Sequence record: EF517087.1
Strand: one strand, 5' to 3'
DNA length: 526 bases
Origin: a phage
Shown: piece after piece, positions 1-526 of the stretch
Layout: every line of letters begins with the position of its first letter
How positions within the stretch are numbered: position 1 is the stretch's first letter
Translations under genes and position numbers: made by a program
Notes under the pieces: generated by a model
Database searches by the model: none
Seen by the model: the letters and a program-made list of their open reading frames with translations, nothing else
Told to the model about the DNA's origin: nothing

Positions 1-238
1 GGAAGGGGCTAGTCCGGTTAAACAGGTTGCTGGCAGTCTAGCTGGTCTGGCTGGTGGTACTGGTGAAGCACAGATGGTGGAAATACCACAAGCTGTCGCA
101 CAGATTGTTGACGTACCTGAGAAAGAGGTTTCCACTGAGGACGAAGCACAGACAGAAAGCGGACGCAAGAAAGCTCGTGCTGGCGGTAAGAAATCCTTGA
201 GTGTAGCCCGTAGTTCCGGTGGCGGTATCAACATTTAA
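1..238 (+). CDS. 3' end of a CDS (5' end outside the window) encoding a small Gly/Ala-rich protein with an acidic middle and a basic C-terminal tail; possibly a phage virion/head-associated small protein
   Basis: Frame 2 is open from position 2 to TAA at 236-238. Translation: EGASPVKQVAGSLAGLAGGTGEAQMVEIPQAVAQIVDVPEKEVSTEDEAQTESGRKKARAGGKKSLSVARSSGGGINI*. Codon choice is typical of well-expressed enterobacterial/phage genes (GGT Gly, CGT Arg, GCT Ala). The stop lies 13 nt before the next start, a compact operon arrangement. An in-frame ATG at 74-76 preceded by GGTGA (62-66) could be the true start, but the frame stays open to the window edge, so this is unresolved. Product identity is from memory of T7-like small basic proteins (gp6.7-like), not from a search. 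Confidence 0.6.
   Translation, partial: EGASPVKQVAGSLAGLAGGTGEAQMVEIPQAVAQIVDVPEKEVSTEDEAQTESGRKKARAGGKKSLSVARSSGGGINI
50..57 (+). other. Perfect Chi octamer 5'-GCTGGTGG-3' (E. coli-type RecBCD crossover hotspot), inside the upstream CDS
   Basis: Exact match to GCTGGTGG at 50-57 on the + strand, with a one-mismatch variant GATGGTGG at 73-80. Both arise from GCT/GGT/GGT Ala-Gly-Gly codons. Function depends on the host being an enterobacterium with E. coli-type Chi specificity, which cannot be established from the sequence. Confidence 0.3.
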
Positions 239-240
239 TC

Positions 241-246
241 AGGAGG
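241..246 (+). promoter_or_regulatory. Shine-Dalgarno ribosome-binding site (AGGAGG) for the downstream HNH gene
   Basis: Perfect AGGAGG at 241-246, followed by a 5-nt spacer (TTATC) and GTG at 252-254. It sits 2 nt after the upstream TAA stop, consistent with translational coupling or re-initiation. Confidence 0.75.
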
Positions 247-251
247 TTATC

Positions 252-526
252 GTGGAAGACTGCATTGAATGGATCGGAGGTGTCAACTCTAAGGGTTATG
301 GTCGTAAGTGGGTTAATGGTAAATTTGTGACTCCACATAGACACATCTATGAGGAGACATATGGTCCAGTTCCAACAGGAATTGTGGTGATGCATATTTG
401 CGATAACCCTAGGTGCTATAACATAAAGCACCTTACGCTTGGAACTCCAAAGGATAATTTCGAGGACATGGTTACCAAAGGTAGACAGGCTAAAGAAAAG
501 GAACTAAGCAAGAAACTTACAGAGTC
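252..526 (+). CDS. HNH family endonuclease (His-Me finger nuclease), N-terminal ~91 aa; 3' end outside the window
   Basis: GTG start at 252 with a strong upstream SD; frame 3 is open to the window end. Translation: MEDCIEWIGGVNSKGYGRKWVNGKFVTPHRHIYEETYGPVPTGIVVMHICDNPRCYNIKHLTLGTPKDNFEDMVTKGRQAKEKELSKKLTE… This carries the classic phage HNH signature: C-x2-W-x-G…N-x-K-G-Y-G (N-terminal Cys/zinc-finger half), H-R-x-x-Y-E…G-P-x-P-x-G, and the catalytic core V-x-H-x-C-D-N-x-x-C-x-N-x-x-H-L-x-x-G-T-x-x-x-N (H393-395, C399-401, D402-404, N405-407, C414-416, N420-422, H429-431, N456-458). A Lys-rich segment (KGRQAKEKELSKKL) follows the core and may be a DNA-binding extension. Confidence 0.85.
   Translation, partial: MEDCIEWIGGVNSKGYGRKWVNGKFVTPHRHIYEETYGPVPTGIVVMHICDNPRCYNIKHLTLGTPKDNFEDMVTKGRQAKEKELSKKLTE

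Noticed and set aside
41-66. Short reiterated GCTGGT/GGTGGT units that look repeat-like
   Set aside because: These are simply consecutive Ala-Gly-Leu-Ala-Gly-Gly-Thr-Gly codons in the coding frame; no array structure, spacers or inverted repeats suggest CRISPR, a tandem repeat locus or a mobile element end.
74-76. Internal ATG (74-76) with a GGTGA SD-like motif upstream as the true start of the first gene (would give a 54-aa protein)
   Set aside because: Not rejected outright, but unsupported: the frame remains open upstream to the window edge with coding-like Gly/Ala codons, so the gene more likely begins outside the window. Cannot be resolved without upstream sequence.
219-221. Alternative in-frame GTG start for the HNH gene at 219-221 (frame 3 is open from 207)
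   Set aside because: There is no SD-like sequence upstream, and it would overlap the last 20 nt of the upstream gene, whereas GTG at 252 has a perfect AGGAGG at optimal spacing.
236-252. Possible intrinsic terminator or promoter in the intergenic gap
   Set aside because: The gap is only 13 nt and is fully occupied by the RBS; there is no GC-rich hairpin followed by a U-tract and no -35/-10 hexamers with appropriate spacing.
321-343. Weak resemblance to a T7-type phage promoter core (…TTTGTGACTCCACATAGACAC… versus CGACTCACTATAGGGAGA)
   Set aside because: Only about 10 of 16 positions match in ungapped alignment, the critical -11 to -7 and +1 GGG positions are not conserved, and the sequence lies inside the HNH coding frame, where it encodes conserved residues (FVTPHRH). 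Probably coincidental.
228-431. Minus-strand 67-aa ORF from the supplied track (MLYVIAPRVIANMHHHNSCWNWTICLLIDVSMWSHKFTINPLTTITLRVDTSDPFNAVFHDNLLIKC)
   Set aside because: It begins with GTG (reverse complement of 429-431) with no Shine-Dalgarno-like sequence upstream on the minus strand, has no recognisable motifs, and lies antisense to the strongly supported HNH CDS, whose frame carries a conserved catalytic signature. Most likely a chance antisense ORF.

Overview
This 526-bp window is a plus-strand junction between two tightly packed genes, both truncated by the window edges; the most likely context is a compact phage (possibly T7-like) gene cluster. (1) Positions 1-238 (frame 2) encode the C-terminal 78 residues of a protein that is Gly/Ala-rich, then acidic, then ends in a strongly basic tail (…ESGRKKARAGGKKSLSVARSSGGGINI*). 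(2) A consensus Shine-Dalgarno AGGAGG (241-246) sits 5 nt upstream of a GTG start at 252. (3) Positions 252-526 encode the N-terminal 91 residues of an HNH (His-Me finger) endonuclease with a complete, recognisable catalytic/zinc-binding core; the ORF runs off the 3' edge. The single ORF in the supplied track (228-431, minus strand) is antisense to the HNH gene and is most likely spurious; the track missed both real genes because they are edge-truncated. I do not see evidence of a novel multi-gene system here. The points worth a second look are the HNH endonuclease as a possible free-standing selfish or packaging-associated nuclease, a perfect E. coli-type Chi octamer, and the identity of the upstream basic-tailed protein.
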